A stretch of 64,000 nucleotides of DNA from Coleofasciculus sp. B1-GNL1-01 (GCA_040220235.1 JAVJTO010000053.1), one strand, 5' to 3'. Shown: positions 39,612 to 50,048, numbered from the stretch's first letter. Notes: generated by a model not told the origin, from the letters alone. A program made the numbers and translations.

Positions 39612-39963
39612 GGTTGGCTGAATAAGTATTGTGGTGAGGATAGGGAACAGGGAACAGGGAACAGGGAACGGTTTCATAGCGTAAAACGTTTTGTTCTCTG
39701 TCGGTTCTCTATTGGTTCCCTCCCATTGATATGGGGTGGGTTTGGGCGGGGTCAGATCAACGTATCTTTTAAGCTTCACTTGAATTTGCCTTGACCCCAA
39801 AACTCAATAAACACACCCCGAACAGGTGCGGTGAATACTACTCCAATAGGGTATTGAACCGAATCACTCCAGCCATCTAGTTTTTGTATTCTAAAACCAT
39901 AGTAAAGAGGTGGTTCTACAAAACCCCTGAAATACTCACTTCGTTTTTAGAGGGTTATACATT

Positions 39964-40401
39964 ATGGCACTGATTCGTTGGGAACCGTTCCGGGAAATTG
40001 ATTCCTTACAAACTGAAATGAACCGTCTGTTTGACAGCCTCACACCGACAAGCCGTTCTGAATGGGCAGGAAACTTTGTTCCTCCCGCCGAAATGCACGA
40101 AAATGGAGATGCGGTTTACCTCAAACTTGAAGTTCCAGGCATAGACGCCAAAAATCTGGACGTGCAAGTTACCGCAGAAGCCGTCTCCATTAGTGGTCAA
40201 CGCCAAGCTGAAACCAAGACTGACCAAAAAGGTGTTACGCGAAGTGAATTCCGCTATGGCAAATTCCAACGAGTAATTCCCTTACCTGCTCGAATTCAGA
40301 ACGATAAAGTGGAAGCCGATTACAAAGATGGCATCTTGATGCTAACTCTGCCCAAAGCAGAAGCCGAAAAAACCAAAGTAGTCAAAGTTAACATCGGCTA
40401 A
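39964..40401 (+). CDS. hspA: Small heat-shock protein Hsp20
   Basis: MALIRWEPFREID..MNRLFD; alpha-crystallin domain RSEFRYGKFQRVIPLP..ADYKDGIL. Confidence 0.95.
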   Translation: MALIRWEPFREIDSLQTEMNRLFDSLTPTSRSEWAGNFVPPAEMHENGDAVYLKLEVPGIDAKNLDVQVTAEAVSISGQRQAETKTDQKGVTRSEFRYGKFQRVIPLPARIQNDKVEADYKDGILMLTLPKAEAEKTKVVKVNIG

Positions 40402-40780
40402 TCTTAGCCAAACACTCGTATGGGCGCACTGACGTGCGCCCTATTTCCCTGAAAACCTATTGTTGAGAATGGCGCTAATTAATCGTTATGTAGGGTGGGT
40501 TAGGCGGGACTTAAAGTCAGGCAATAAACCTTTAATGGACTATCCGCCGTAACCCACCGATATTGGGAGCATGTTAGGGAAAGCACGCAATACTCCAGTT
40601 AACCGGATAAGTTAGGTTTCGTCCCTCAACCCAACCTACAAAGTTGACATGCATTCCCGATATTTAGGTAGCGATGTTTTATAACGGACAGAATTTATGT
40701 CCAGATACTTACGCCTTGAGCAAGGGCGCAAGGATGGTGCCCCTACGGATAGATTGGCAATAATCCAGGACAAATTACAA

Positions 40781-41839
40781 TTAAAGTAACTGACTAAATC
40801 TCGAATCCGCTTGTAGGGTTTTCAGTACCTGCTTAATTTCTTGGGTGCGGTCTTTTTTCACAATTAACGTCACCCCACCATCTCGCACAACCACCACATC
40901 TTCTAAACCAATTGTCACAATCACCTCATCCTGATCACTGGTATAAAGAATCGCCCCTTGGGTATCTTTCCCTACATGAGTTGCCAGTTCCACATTCGCC
41001 GCCTCTCCCTTGTGCAACCGTTCTAAAGCATTCCAATCTCCCAAATCATCCCAACCAAACGCAACCGGGAGAACATAAGCCAGTTGGGTTTTCTCCATTA
41101 AGGCATAGTCAATACTCGTTTTAGGTAGTTTAGAATAAGCAGCAACACCCTGGTTTTGCAACGGATTTATAATATCAGCCGCATGAGTTTTCAATTCCGC
41201 TAATACGACACCAGCCCGGAAAATAAACATCCCACCATTCCAGCTAAATTTTCCCGTCGCCAGAAATTTATCGGCTGTTTCTCGGTCTGGCTTTTCTGTG
41301 AATCGAGCCACCCGATAAATTGGTAAATTATTAAAGGTTCCGGCGGGTTCTCCTTGTTCAATATAACCGTAACCTGTAGAGGGGTAGTCCGGGGCAATTC
41401 CTAAGGTGACAATCGCCGCTTCAGTCGTCGCTAACTGAGTCGCCGCCTCAATCGTCTGCTGAAACGCCTGCTGATCCGCAATCCAATGGTCTGCTGGAAA
41501 AAAGCCGATCACTGCATCTTCTCCATAATGACGCGCAATTTCTAAGGTTGCCCACGCCACAGCAGGTGCGGTATCCCGCCCTTCGGGTTCAGCTAATATA
41601 TGCTCACTATCGAGTTGGGGTAACTGTTCTCGCACCCCGTCGGCTAATTGAGCCGATGTGATCACCCAGACATTCGCTGAATCTCCCGCCAATTGACTGA
41701 GACGGTCAGCCGTGGTTTGTAATAAACTCTTTCCACTACCATCTAAACTTAAGAACTGCTTGGGTCGATGCTTGCGGCTGAGGGGCCAAAACCGTTCACC
41801 TTTGCCGCCAGCTAAAATTACAGGTATTAATTGACTCAT
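40781..41839 (-). CDS. manC: Mannose-1-phosphate guanylyltransferase
   Basis: PVILAGGKGERFWPLSR..PKQFL, EPEGRDTAPA, TGYGYI, FTEKPD, SIDYALME, WDDLGDW. Confidence 0.95.
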   Translation of the reverse strand: MSQLIPVILAGGKGERFWPLSRKHRPKQFLSLDGSGKSLLQTTADRLSQLAGDSANVWVITSAQLADGVREQLPQLDSEHILAEPEGRDTAPAVAWATLEIARHYGEDAVIGFFPADHWIADQQAFQQTIEAATQLATTEAAIVTLGIAPDYPSTGYGYIEQGEPAGTFNNLPIYRVARFTEKPDRETADKFLATGKFSWNGGMFIFRAGVVLAELKTHAADIINPLQNQGVAAYSKLPKTSIDYALMEKTQLAYVLPVAFGWDDLGDWNALERLHKGEAANVELATHVGKDTQGAILYTSDQDEVIVTIGLEDVVVVRDGGVTLIVKKDRTQEIKQVLKTLQADSRFSQLL

Positions 41840-42024
41840 TGTCCGTGCTATTCTGATTGTCTGCTACATCCTAGCCTGGGAGAGCCGAGGGGCGGAGGAA
41901 GCTGAGGGAGCAGGGGAAGCAGGGGAAGCAGGGGGAGTGGGCTGGGTAACGCTATAATCCGGCAATAGATTCGGTGAACGTCAAAGAATCCAGAACAGTT
42001 GGTGTGTGGTGAGGGTAAAACAAC

Positions 42025-43485
42025 GTGTCGAACAGTTCCCAAACTAGCTGGAGTTTTCAAGTCTCCCATCCAGAAAGTTATCCGCGATCGCAGGGCGACT
42101 CTGATGTCGCTGAAAATGATACTGGGGATTCCCCGCCTCCCCCACCGCCAGAGGGTGATGGCGGAGAGTCCCATTCCGATGATCATTCAAATAAATCCAG
42201 TGGTGGTCGCTATATGCGCTGGTTTCTCTGGAGTGCGGCGTTTATCTTAACCGCTACAGTATCGGCTACCTTGGGCGCAACGGTTGCCCTAATTACCCCT
42301 CTGTCCCCCTTAATCGTGCCGCAAAATTTTGTCCCTGGCGCGAAAGAAAATTCCTGGCGACAAGCGTTTCGCTATGATTTAGCCCGACCGGTCAACATCC
42401 TGGTCATGGGAATTGACCGCGTTTCCGATAATGACAAAAACTCCTCCGACGTTTTCAGTGGTCGCAGTGATACTATGCTGCTGTTACGCCTCGACCCAAC
42501 AGAAGAGTCCGTGACGATGCTTTCCATTCCTCGGGATACCCAAGTGGAACTTCCGGAAGTAGGACTTGCCAAAATCAATGATGCCAATGTTGAAGGGGGT
42601 GCAGCGTTAGCTGCACGGGTGGTAAGCCGTACTCTGAATGATGCACCCGTTGATCGCTATGTGCGGGTAACGACGGATGCGTTTCGGGAACTGGTAGACC
42701 TGGTGGGGGGAGTGGAGGTGTTTGTTCCCTATCCGATGCAGTATGAGGATGTCACCCAGGATTTGTACATTGATTTAGAACCGGGATGGCAAACCTTAAA
42801 TGGAGACCAAGCCGAACAGTTTGCTCGATTTCGTAAAGACGGCTACGGCGACATTGGTCGAGTTCAGCGCCAACAAACGCTACTCAAGGCGCTGCGTCAA
42901 CGGTTGCTCAGTCCCAAGGTGCTACCGCGTTTACCCCAAATTATTCGGGTGATGCAGCAATATATTGATACGAATCTGAGCTTAGAAGAAATGCTGGCAC
43001 TGGTAGGCTTTGGCTTAGATTTAGACAAAGACGATTTTCAGATGGTACTCTTGCCCGGTCGCTTCAGTGATCCAGAGGAATATGTTGCCAGCTATTGGAT
43101 TATGGATTCTGCCGGACGCGATCGCGTTATGCAACAATACTTTCAGCAAACCCTTGACTGGAGTTCATCGGAGATTCGTCGTTCTCCCCAACGGTTGCGA
43201 ATTGCGATTCAAAATGCCACAGATGACCCGCAATTAGCTCACGAAGTTGCTCGATATTTGGCAAAAAACGACTTCTATAATGTCTACATCATACGGGATT
43301 GGCCCGATCAGGTACGCGAAACTCAGATTATTGTGCAACAAGGCGATTTGAAAGCAGCAACCACATTAAAAAGGGTTTTGCAACTCGGTCACGTCGAAGC
43401 CTCTTCCACAGGCGATATTGAATCCGATTTAACCATTCGTGTGGGTGAGGATTGGTTGATTCGACACCCAGAAGAGGAGGAATAA
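42025..43485 (+). CDS. LCP (LytR-CpsA-Psr) family protein with LytR C-terminal domain
   Basis: NILVMGID, RSDTMLL, LSIPRDT, FARFR, DIGRVQRQQ; C-terminal IQNAT..SDLTIRVGEDW; start uncertain. Confidence 0.93.
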   Translation: MSNSSQTSWSFQVSHPESYPRSQGDSDVAENDTGDSPPPPPPEGDGGESHSDDHSNKSSGGRYMRWFLWSAAFILTATVSATLGATVALITPLSPLIVPQNFVPGAKENSWRQAFRYDLARPVNILVMGIDRVSDNDKNSSDVFSGRSDTMLLLRLDPTEESVTMLSIPRDTQVELPEVGLAKINDANVEGGAALAARVVSRTLNDAPVDRYVRVTTDAFRELVDLVGGVEVFVPYPMQYEDVTQDLYIDLEPGWQTLNGDQAEQFARFRKDGYGDIGRVQRQQTLLKALRQRLLSPKVLPRLPQIIRVMQQYIDTNLSLEEMLALVGFGLDLDKDDFQMVLLPGRFSDPEEYVASYWIMDSAGRDRVMQQYFQQTLDWSSSEIRRSPQRLRIAIQNATDDPQLAHEVARYLAKNDFYNVYIIRDWPDQVRETQIIVQQGDLKAATTLKRVLQLGHVEASSTGDIESDLTIRVGEDWLIRHPEEEE

Positions 43486-43636
43486 TGCTGAGGGAGTTAT
43501 CAGTTATCAGTGAGCAGTTATCAGTTATCAGGAGTAGGAGGAGATGGGGGAGATGGGGAAGATGGGGGAGCAAATGACGAAGGACGAAGGACGAAGGACG
43601 AAGGACGAAGGACAAATGACCAATGACAAATAACAA

Positions 43637-44257
43637 ATGAATTGCCGACTTAACCAACAAATTCAATTCATTGTTGAAATTGACAAACTCAAGGGAATTC
43701 TTCGCCAAACCCGATTAACTGATGATTCTCGCCAGGAAAACAGCGCCGAACATTCTTGGCATTTGGCATTGATGGCGATTATTCTGGCGGAGTATGCACC
43801 TCCCCAGGTTGACCTGGGACGAGCGATAACGATGGTGCTGCTGCATGATTTAGTGGAAATTGATGCAGGAGACACGTTTTGCTATGACGTACAGGGAAAT
43901 CAGGATAAAGCGGTTCGGGAAGAAAAAGCCGCTACCCGGATTTTTGGCATGTTACCCGAAGACCAAGGGCAATCGTTGCGGGAAATCTGGGATGAATTTG
44001 AAGCCGTTGCTACGCCGACAGCCCGATTTGCCGTCGCTCTAGACCGTTTGCAACCCCTGCTGCTAAATCAACAGAATCATGGCGGAACCTGGCAGGTTCA
44101 TGGTATTACTGAACGCCAAGTGATGCAACGTATGGCACCTGTGCAAGAGGGTACACCTCAGCTTTGGGAATTGGTTGAGCAAATTGTGGCGGACTGTATT
44201 AAAGCGGGTTATTTACAAAATGCGCGATCACTCTCCACTGAGAGTCAAGTAGACTAG
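43637..44257 (+). CDS. HD-domain phosphohydrolase
   Basis: EIDKLK..R..ENSAEHSWH..LLHDLVEIDAGD..LDRLQP. Confidence 0.92.
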   Translation: MNCRLNQQIQFIVEIDKLKGILRQTRLTDDSRQENSAEHSWHLALMAIILAEYAPPQVDLGRAITMVLLHDLVEIDAGDTFCYDVQGNQDKAVREEKAATRIFGMLPEDQGQSLREIWDEFEAVATPTARFAVALDRLQPLLLNQQNHGGTWQVHGITERQVMQRMAPVQEGTPQLWELVEQIVADCIKAGYLQNARSLSTESQVD

Positions 44258-44267
44258 ATCATAAGAC

Positions 44268-45811
44268 ATCCTCCGTCGCAGGAAACTCCGTGTCCCTTCG
44301 CTTCGCTCGAGGGCAAGCTTTAGACCGGAGAGGAACGCGCGGTAGCGACTTGAGTCGCCTACTGCCCTTAAGTATGGTGAGGGTCATTGATGTATCTCTG
44401 AATGTTTTCAGCACGCTCCGTTGCCTGCAGTTGAGAAAAAATGGCTATTTGTCCACAAAGAAGGAAGGTTATGGCTAAGAACAAAAAGCCTAGGGGTGTA
44501 CAGCAAATGCGACTACATCCTGACGAAGAAACGAAAGCAATTTTGGAGTATCTATGTGAACAATCAGGAAAACTCTATAATATGGGTGTGTATTTTGCCC
44601 GTCAAACATTTTTTAAGGCAGGCAAACTCCTAACTGGAAAGTTTGACTTGATTTACTCCGAAGGTGTAGGAAAGAGTCAAATCGCCCAGTCTCTACCCTC
44701 AACACCAGCACAGCAAACACTATTAAGTGTCGCTGAAGTGTTTAAATCCTACAAAGGGTTACGTAAGCTTTGGCTTAAAGGGCAATTGCCGAATAAACCC
44801 AAGCCACCCGGCTATCTGAAAGGGTCAAAACTATTCAAGGTAGCTTATCCCAATTCAGGGGGACAGAAGCCTAAGCTAGTTGATTGTCAACTTCAGTTTT
44901 CCCTGGGTTTAACCGTTAGGCGTTGGTTTGGGATTGACAGCTTTAAGTTACCTGCTCCAACCAATCTTGATATCAACAAGGTCAAGGAATGGACTATTTT
45001 GCCTAAAAACGGTGTATTCTACCTGGAAGCTTCCTACAAACTACCCAAACAGGAAACATTCGTAGGTATTGATGACCAAGCATTAGCAATTGACTTAGGT
45101 ACGGCAGACAATCTGGCTGCCTGTGTTGACACCCTGGGTAACTCTTTTCTGATTGATGCCCGTGTCATGAAAGCATTTAATCAGTATTGGAATAAACAGG
45201 TTTCGACCAGGAAAGAGAAAAAGCCACAAGGGTACTGGGATGGATGGCTTGAGCGAGTGACCCGCAAGCGTAATCACCGGATGAGGGACGGTATTAACAA
45301 GGCGGCTCGATTGATTATCAATCACTGCCTAAAATATGGCATAAGCACAATTGTTTTGGGATGGAACGAAGGGTTTAAGGATAATGCCAATATGGGTAGG
45401 TTGAACAATCAGAAATTTGTTCAAATACCCCTGGGTAAACTTAAAGACCGATTGCAGCAATTGTGTGAGATTTACGGTATTCAGATGGTAGTCACTGAAG
45501 AAGCCTACACCAGCAAAGCCAGCTATCTTGATGGAGACTCCCTGCCTAAGTTTGGCGAAAAACCAGACGGGTGGAAAGCATCAGGAAGACGAATAAAGCG
45601 TGGTTTGTATCGCAGCAGCGATAGCTCAATTGTCAATGCCGATTTAAACGGCAGTGCCAATATTTTAAGAAAAGTAGCCAGAAAGTTAGGAATTGACCTA
45701 ATCCGACTGGGTAGGCGGTGTTCGACGACCGTAGCGAGAGTAAGATTGTGGCCTTTACCACAGTCTAATCTGTCAGCAGAATCCCCGTCACTTTAGTGCG
45801 GGGAGTGTCAA
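44268..45811 (+). mobile_element. IS200/IS605-family (IS1341-group, tnpB-only) insertion sequence
   Basis: Left end ..GAC|ATCCTCC with CTCCG..CGGAG hairpin; right-end hairpin TCCCCG..CGGGGA followed by TCAA; no tnpA. Confidence 0.85.
44471..45796 (+). CDS. tnpB: RNA-guided endonuclease TnpB
   Basis: KLYN..Y..RQ, RuvC-I AIDLG, EEAYTSKAS, RuvC-III NADLNGSANI; AAGGAAGG RBS before ATG 44471. Confidence 0.93.
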   Translation: MAKNKKPRGVQQMRLHPDEETKAILEYLCEQSGKLYNMGVYFARQTFFKAGKLLTGKFDLIYSEGVGKSQIAQSLPSTPAQQTLLSVAEVFKSYKGLRKLWLKGQLPNKPKPPGYLKGSKLFKVAYPNSGGQKPKLVDCQLQFSLGLTVRRWFGIDSFKLPAPTNLDINKVKEWTILPKNGVFYLEASYKLPKQETFVGIDDQALAIDLGTADNLAACVDTLGNSFLIDARVMKAFNQYWNKQVSTRKEKKPQGYWDGWLERVTRKRNHRMRDGINKAARLIINHCLKYGISTIVLGWNEGFKDNANMGRLNNQKFVQIPLGKLKDRLQQLCEIYGIQMVVTEEAYTSKASYLDGDSLPKFGEKPDGWKASGRRIKRGLYRSSDSSIVNADLNGSANILRKVARKLGIDLIRLGRRCSTTVARVRLWPLPQSNLSAESPSL

Positions 45812-45812
45812 T

Positions 45813-46796
45813 ATGTCTATTGTTGTGGCTCAAAATCTGAGCAAAATCTACCCCGTAGCGGTCAAACAACCCGGTATTAAGGGTACTCTCACCCACTTTC
45901 TGCGCCGAAAGTACCGCTCTGTCGTTGCTGTACAAAATGTTTCCTTTGAAATTGGCATGGGGGAAGTGGTGGGATTTCTCGGTCCCAATGGTGCCGGTAA
46001 AACCACGACCTTGAAAATGCTCACCGGACTTGTTCACCCTTCAGGGGGTGAGGTTAAGGTGGTGGGTCATAAGCCATTTCAGCGCGAATCCAACTTTTTG
46101 CAGCAGATTACCCTAGTCATGGGTCAAAAGCAACAACTGCTTTGGGACTTACCCGCATTGGATTCCCTGAGAATCAATGCCGCCGTTTATGGAATTTCTC
46201 ACAACCAGTTTCAGCGTCGCGTCGGAGAACTGGCAGAAATGTTATCCTTAGAAGCCAAACTCACGCAACCCGTGCGGAAACTCTCCCTGGGAGAACGCAT
46301 GAAAGCTGAATTGTTGGCGGCGCTTTTGCATCAACCCCAAGTCTTATTTTTAGATGAACCGACGTTGGGATTGGATGTTAATGCACAATTAGCGGTGCGG
46401 AATTTCTTACGCGAGTACAACCAGCGCACGGGAGCCACTGTTTTATTAACCAGTCACTACATGGCAGATATTACAGCATTGTGTCAGCGAGTGCTGCTAA
46501 TTTATGAAGGGCAAATGATTTATGATGGCAGCTTGGAGGGACTCCTCAATCGCTTTGCTCCCTATCGGGAGGTGAAAGTAGAACTGGCTCAACCTTTGTC
46601 AAAAGAGGAGTTATCAGGTTATGCAGAAATAGAGGCAATCGATGGGTTAGCAGTACGTTTCCTCGTACAGCGTGAAAAGCTGACAAGTACCGTGGCTCGG
46701 ATTTTGGCGGATTTAGAGGTGATAGATTTAACGGTTAGTGACCCCCCCATCGAAGAAGTCATCGGTCGGGTTTTCCGAGCCGGAGTTGTTTCGTGA
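45813..46796 (+). CDS. ABC exporter ATP-binding protein
   Basis: GPNGAGKTT, LSLGER, LFLDEPT, TSH. Confidence 0.95.
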   Translation: MSIVVAQNLSKIYPVAVKQPGIKGTLTHFLRRKYRSVVAVQNVSFEIGMGEVVGFLGPNGAGKTTTLKMLTGLVHPSGGEVKVVGHKPFQRESNFLQQITLVMGQKQQLLWDLPALDSLRINAAVYGISHNQFQRRVGELAEMLSLEAKLTQPVRKLSLGERMKAELLAALLHQPQVLFLDEPTLGLDVNAQLAVRNFLREYNQRTGATVLLTSHYMADITALCQRVLLIYEGQMIYDGSLEGLLNRFAPYREVKVELAQPLSKEELSGYAEIEAIDGLAVRFLVQREKLTSTVARILADLEVIDLTVSDPPIEEVIGRVFRAGVVS

Positions 46797-47010
46797 TTTT
46801 TGGTCATTGGTCATTTGTCATTTGTCATTGGTCATTTGTCATTTGTCCAGAAATTAATCATTTGGACAGGGCGGGTTTAGTGACATTAGCGTGAGCAAAA
46901 AACGATAGTAGTGAAACCCGCCCCTACATAGAAAACTTTTTTCTAGTCATTAATTATTTACCTTCCCCATCTCCTCCACCACAATACTGATTCAGCAGCG
47001 TCTAATTACT

Positions 47011-47799
47011 ATGAAGCGATTAATTAATACCAGTAAGATATTTCTGTCTGTTTACTATGCTCACATGTTGGAATACCGGGCAGAACTTTTTTTTTGGATA
47101 CTTTCCAATAGCTTGCCGCTGATTCTTATGGGGGTTTGGATGCAGGCATCTCAAGCCGGGGAGTTTGAACTAACTCCTGAAGAATTTATGCGTTACTTCC
47201 TATCCGTTTTTATCGTTCGCCAGTTTACTGTGGTGTGGATGATTTTTGATTTTGAAAGGGAAGTGGTAGAGGGCAGACTATCTCCTAAACTCCTGCAACC
47301 CATTGATCCTGTATGGCATCATGTTGCAGGTCATTTATCTGAACGCTTTGTTCGCCTACCTTTATCGGTTGTACTTTTAGGTTTATTCTTTCTCCTCTAT
47401 CCCCCAGCATTTTGGTTACCTGGTTTGGGTGATATACTATTATTTATATTCATCACAGCCATGGCATTTGCCCTACGATTTTTAATCCAATATACCTTTG
47501 CCTTATTTGCATTTTGGACAGAGCGAGCCACTTCACTAGAACAATTTTGGTATTTATTCTATTTGTTTCTGTCAGGAATGATGGCACCATTGGAAGTCTT
47601 TCCTCCTACAGTCCGAGCCGTTGCCGAATGGACACCTTTCCCTTACTTGGCTCATTTTCCCGCCGCGTTGTTAGTTGGGCTACCTGTTAATTTTATCCAA
47701 GGAATTTTGGTTATGGTGGGTTGGGGATTGTTATTTTTTGGCGTCAATCGCTGGTTGTGGCGCAAGGGATTGAAGCAGTATTCGGGAATGGGAGCGTGA
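47011..47799 (+). CDS. ABC-2 type permease (DUF990-like)
   Basis: Six TM helices, LEYRAE, EGRLSPKLLQP, FLSGMMAPL. Confidence 0.9.
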   Translation: MKRLINTSKIFLSVYYAHMLEYRAELFFWILSNSLPLILMGVWMQASQAGEFELTPEEFMRYFLSVFIVRQFTVVWMIFDFEREVVEGRLSPKLLQPIDPVWHHVAGHLSERFVRLPLSVVLLGLFFLLYPPAFWLPGLGDILLFIFITAMAFALRFLIQYTFALFAFWTERATSLEQFWYLFYLFLSGMMAPLEVFPPTVRAVAEWTPFPYLAHFPAALLVGLPVNFIQGILVMVGWGLLFFGVNRWLWRKGLKQYSGMGA

Positions 47800-48049
47800 G
47801 ATGGGCGGAGGTGCAGGGGTGCTGGGAGCCTGGGGAAGTAGAGACGTGCCATGGCACGTCTGGAAGATGAGGGTGGGTTGAGTAACATTAGGGTGACAAT
47901 AAACGATAATAACCAAACCCGCCCCCTACACATCGGTCAGGGCGGGTTTTGAACAAACCTTATTATCCACAGCTAAAAGAAAGTTCCTCAACCCGCCCCT
48001 ACAAATCATTTGCCCTGAGCCAAGTTAAGGGTTCCCTAATCTCTAATCA

Positions 48050-48355
48050 CTATTTTTGATCAAATTTGGCAACAGCATTTTGGAAGGATTGCTGTAAATC
48101 CAGCCAAGCGGTTTCTACTCCAGTTTTGATATCTTCCCAAGCATCTTGACTAGCCGCCTGGAGTTCTTCCAGTTTCTTTTGTACGGCAACCTGTTTGGTT
48201 TGCAATTCCTCAATCTGGCTATTGTACTGAATCTTAGCATCAGCCTGGGCTTGGGCTGCCTTGGCTTTCATTTCGTCAACCTGAGCATTCAGCTTGTTTA
48301 ACTCAGCTTGCACTTTTTCTCGGTATACCTGTTGCTGTTCTGGTTGGGTAGCCAT
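48050..48355 (-). CDS. Small coiled-coil protein (sll1863-like)
   Basis: YREKVQAEL..KAKA..AWEDIKTGVETAW; GAGG RBS. Confidence 0.85.
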   Translation of the reverse strand: MATQPEQQQVYREKVQAELNKLNAQVDEMKAKAAQAQADAKIQYNSQIEELQTKQVAVQKKLEELQAASQDAWEDIKTGVETAWLDLQQSFQNAVAKFDQK

Positions 48356-48617
48356 AAGAATACCTCATTAACGTCAAAAATTTGCCTCAAAAAGGCTGGG
48401 TACGCCTCAAAAAGGCTGGATACAACCATAAATGTTTAATTCCTTACTCATTATAGAGTGACTTGTCGAGTTCATGCATCTATCTCTTGAATGATATAAT
48501 CCAATTCTGTCTTCTATCTAGCGAGATAACTAATTTGTTGTAGCGTCTGATACGCTCAGTTGCAATAGGGGTAACCTACTTGCCCCGATTTGTTTGCAGT
48601 GACTATCCAACGGGAAA

Positions 48618-50048
48618 ATGGCAGAACAAGCTCTAACGCAGGATACCTATGCCGATTCCTACAAACACCGGGGTCGCAATTGGTGGAATAAGCTCACCGC
48701 CTTAATTGCATGGGCAAATATCCTGCTGGCATTATTCAATCTCAGCTATATTCCATTGCGGGATGTTTATGTGCGAGAATTTCCCGCGATCGCAACATTC
48801 TATGATCCGGTCAAAAGTATTGAGCCTCATCCGGATACCCAACGTTATCTCCAAACCGTTGATGCTTTAACCGTACAACTCTCCCAGCAAGGACTACAAG
48901 CACCGCCAACCGAGCAAGTCTTGCAAGAGTTGCGCCAACAAAGTAATGACCTGATTGAAGAGAATCCATTTTTGGCAGCCAATAAGTTTGGCACATTCGC
49001 TAAATTGAAGCGGCGGATGCGGGATCATTTGAATACGGAATCAGCCAAGCAAGCCTTTGCGCGATTTTGGCGACAGGAGTATCTGGTGCAAGTGGGTTGG
49101 GACAACGCCCTCTCATTCTTTAACAGCGATATTCGACCGCTACTGAATAGTAATTATTTTCGACCCACCGACGAAAATGGTCAACTCGTGGATAACTTCT
49201 GGCGTATTGACCTTTATTTTATTGCCTTTTTTGGGATTGAGCTTTTATTCCGTACCTTCTTCATGTCTCGACGCCAAGAGAAGTTGACATGGGGAGATGC
49301 CCTCTGGCGGCGCTGGTACGACATGCTGCTGCTGCTTCCCACCTGGCGCTGGTTACGGATTATTCCGGTATCTGTGCGATCGCATCAATCGGGATTGTTC
49401 AATATGGAGCGAATTTTAGCACAAGTCACCCATGAACCAGCAGCATATTTGGCAGATCGGGTATCCATGTTTTTAATGGTGCGACTGATTAATCAAACCA
49501 AAGATTCTGTTGATAAAGGAGATATGGCGCGTGCCATCTTGCAACCTGAGACGTATGTTCAAGTTAGCGATATTAATAAAGTCGATGCCATCACCGATCG
49601 CCTCTTAGAACTCTCTATTTATAAAGTTTTACCCCAAGTTCAACCCGATTTACAGGCATTATTGCATCATAGTCTCAAAGGAGCGCTACAACAGTCAGAT
49701 TTTTACACCGGATTGCGACAAGTTCCGGGAATGAAAGGGTTGCCCAAAGAGGTTATGGAAAACCTTGCCAATTATTTAGCCCAAGCCACTTATGAAGTCT
49801 TAGCCACCTCCTACTCTGATCTGCAAGGGCGACAACTATTTGACCAACTGAGTCACAATTTTAAGCATGTCCTGCGGGAAGAACTACAGGATGAGGCAAC
49901 CCAGTTAGAACTTCAGTCGTTGCTGTCTGACTTGTTAGAAGAATTGAAAATTAATTATGTGCAGCGTTCAACTGATGAAGATCCGGAAGCCACTTTAGAA
50001 GAAGCCGATCAACTGCGTCAAGAGATGGAAACTCCCCCAACTCAGTAG
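48618..50048 (+). CDS. Hypothetical membrane protein with voltage-sensor-like S1-S4 motifs
   Basis: 476-aa ORF; FxxE..R, WYD..LLP, RWLRI motifs. Confidence 0.8.
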   Translation: MAEQALTQDTYADSYKHRGRNWWNKLTALIAWANILLALFNLSYIPLRDVYVREFPAIATFYDPVKSIEPHPDTQRYLQTVDALTVQLSQQGLQAPPTEQVLQELRQQSNDLIEENPFLAANKFGTFAKLKRRMRDHLNTESAKQAFARFWRQEYLVQVGWDNALSFFNSDIRPLLNSNYFRPTDENGQLVDNFWRIDLYFIAFFGIELLFRTFFMSRRQEKLTWGDALWRRWYDMLLLLPTWRWLRIIPVSVRSHQSGLFNMERILAQVTHEPAAYLADRVSMFLMVRLINQTKDSVDKGDMARAILQPETYVQVSDINKVDAITDRLLELSIYKVLPQVQPDLQALLHHSLKGALQQSDFYTGLRQVPGMKGLPKEVMENLANYLAQATYEVLATSYSDLQGRQLFDQLSHNFKHVLREELQDEATQLELQSLLSDLLEELKINYVQRSTDEDPEATLEEADQLRQEMETPPTQ

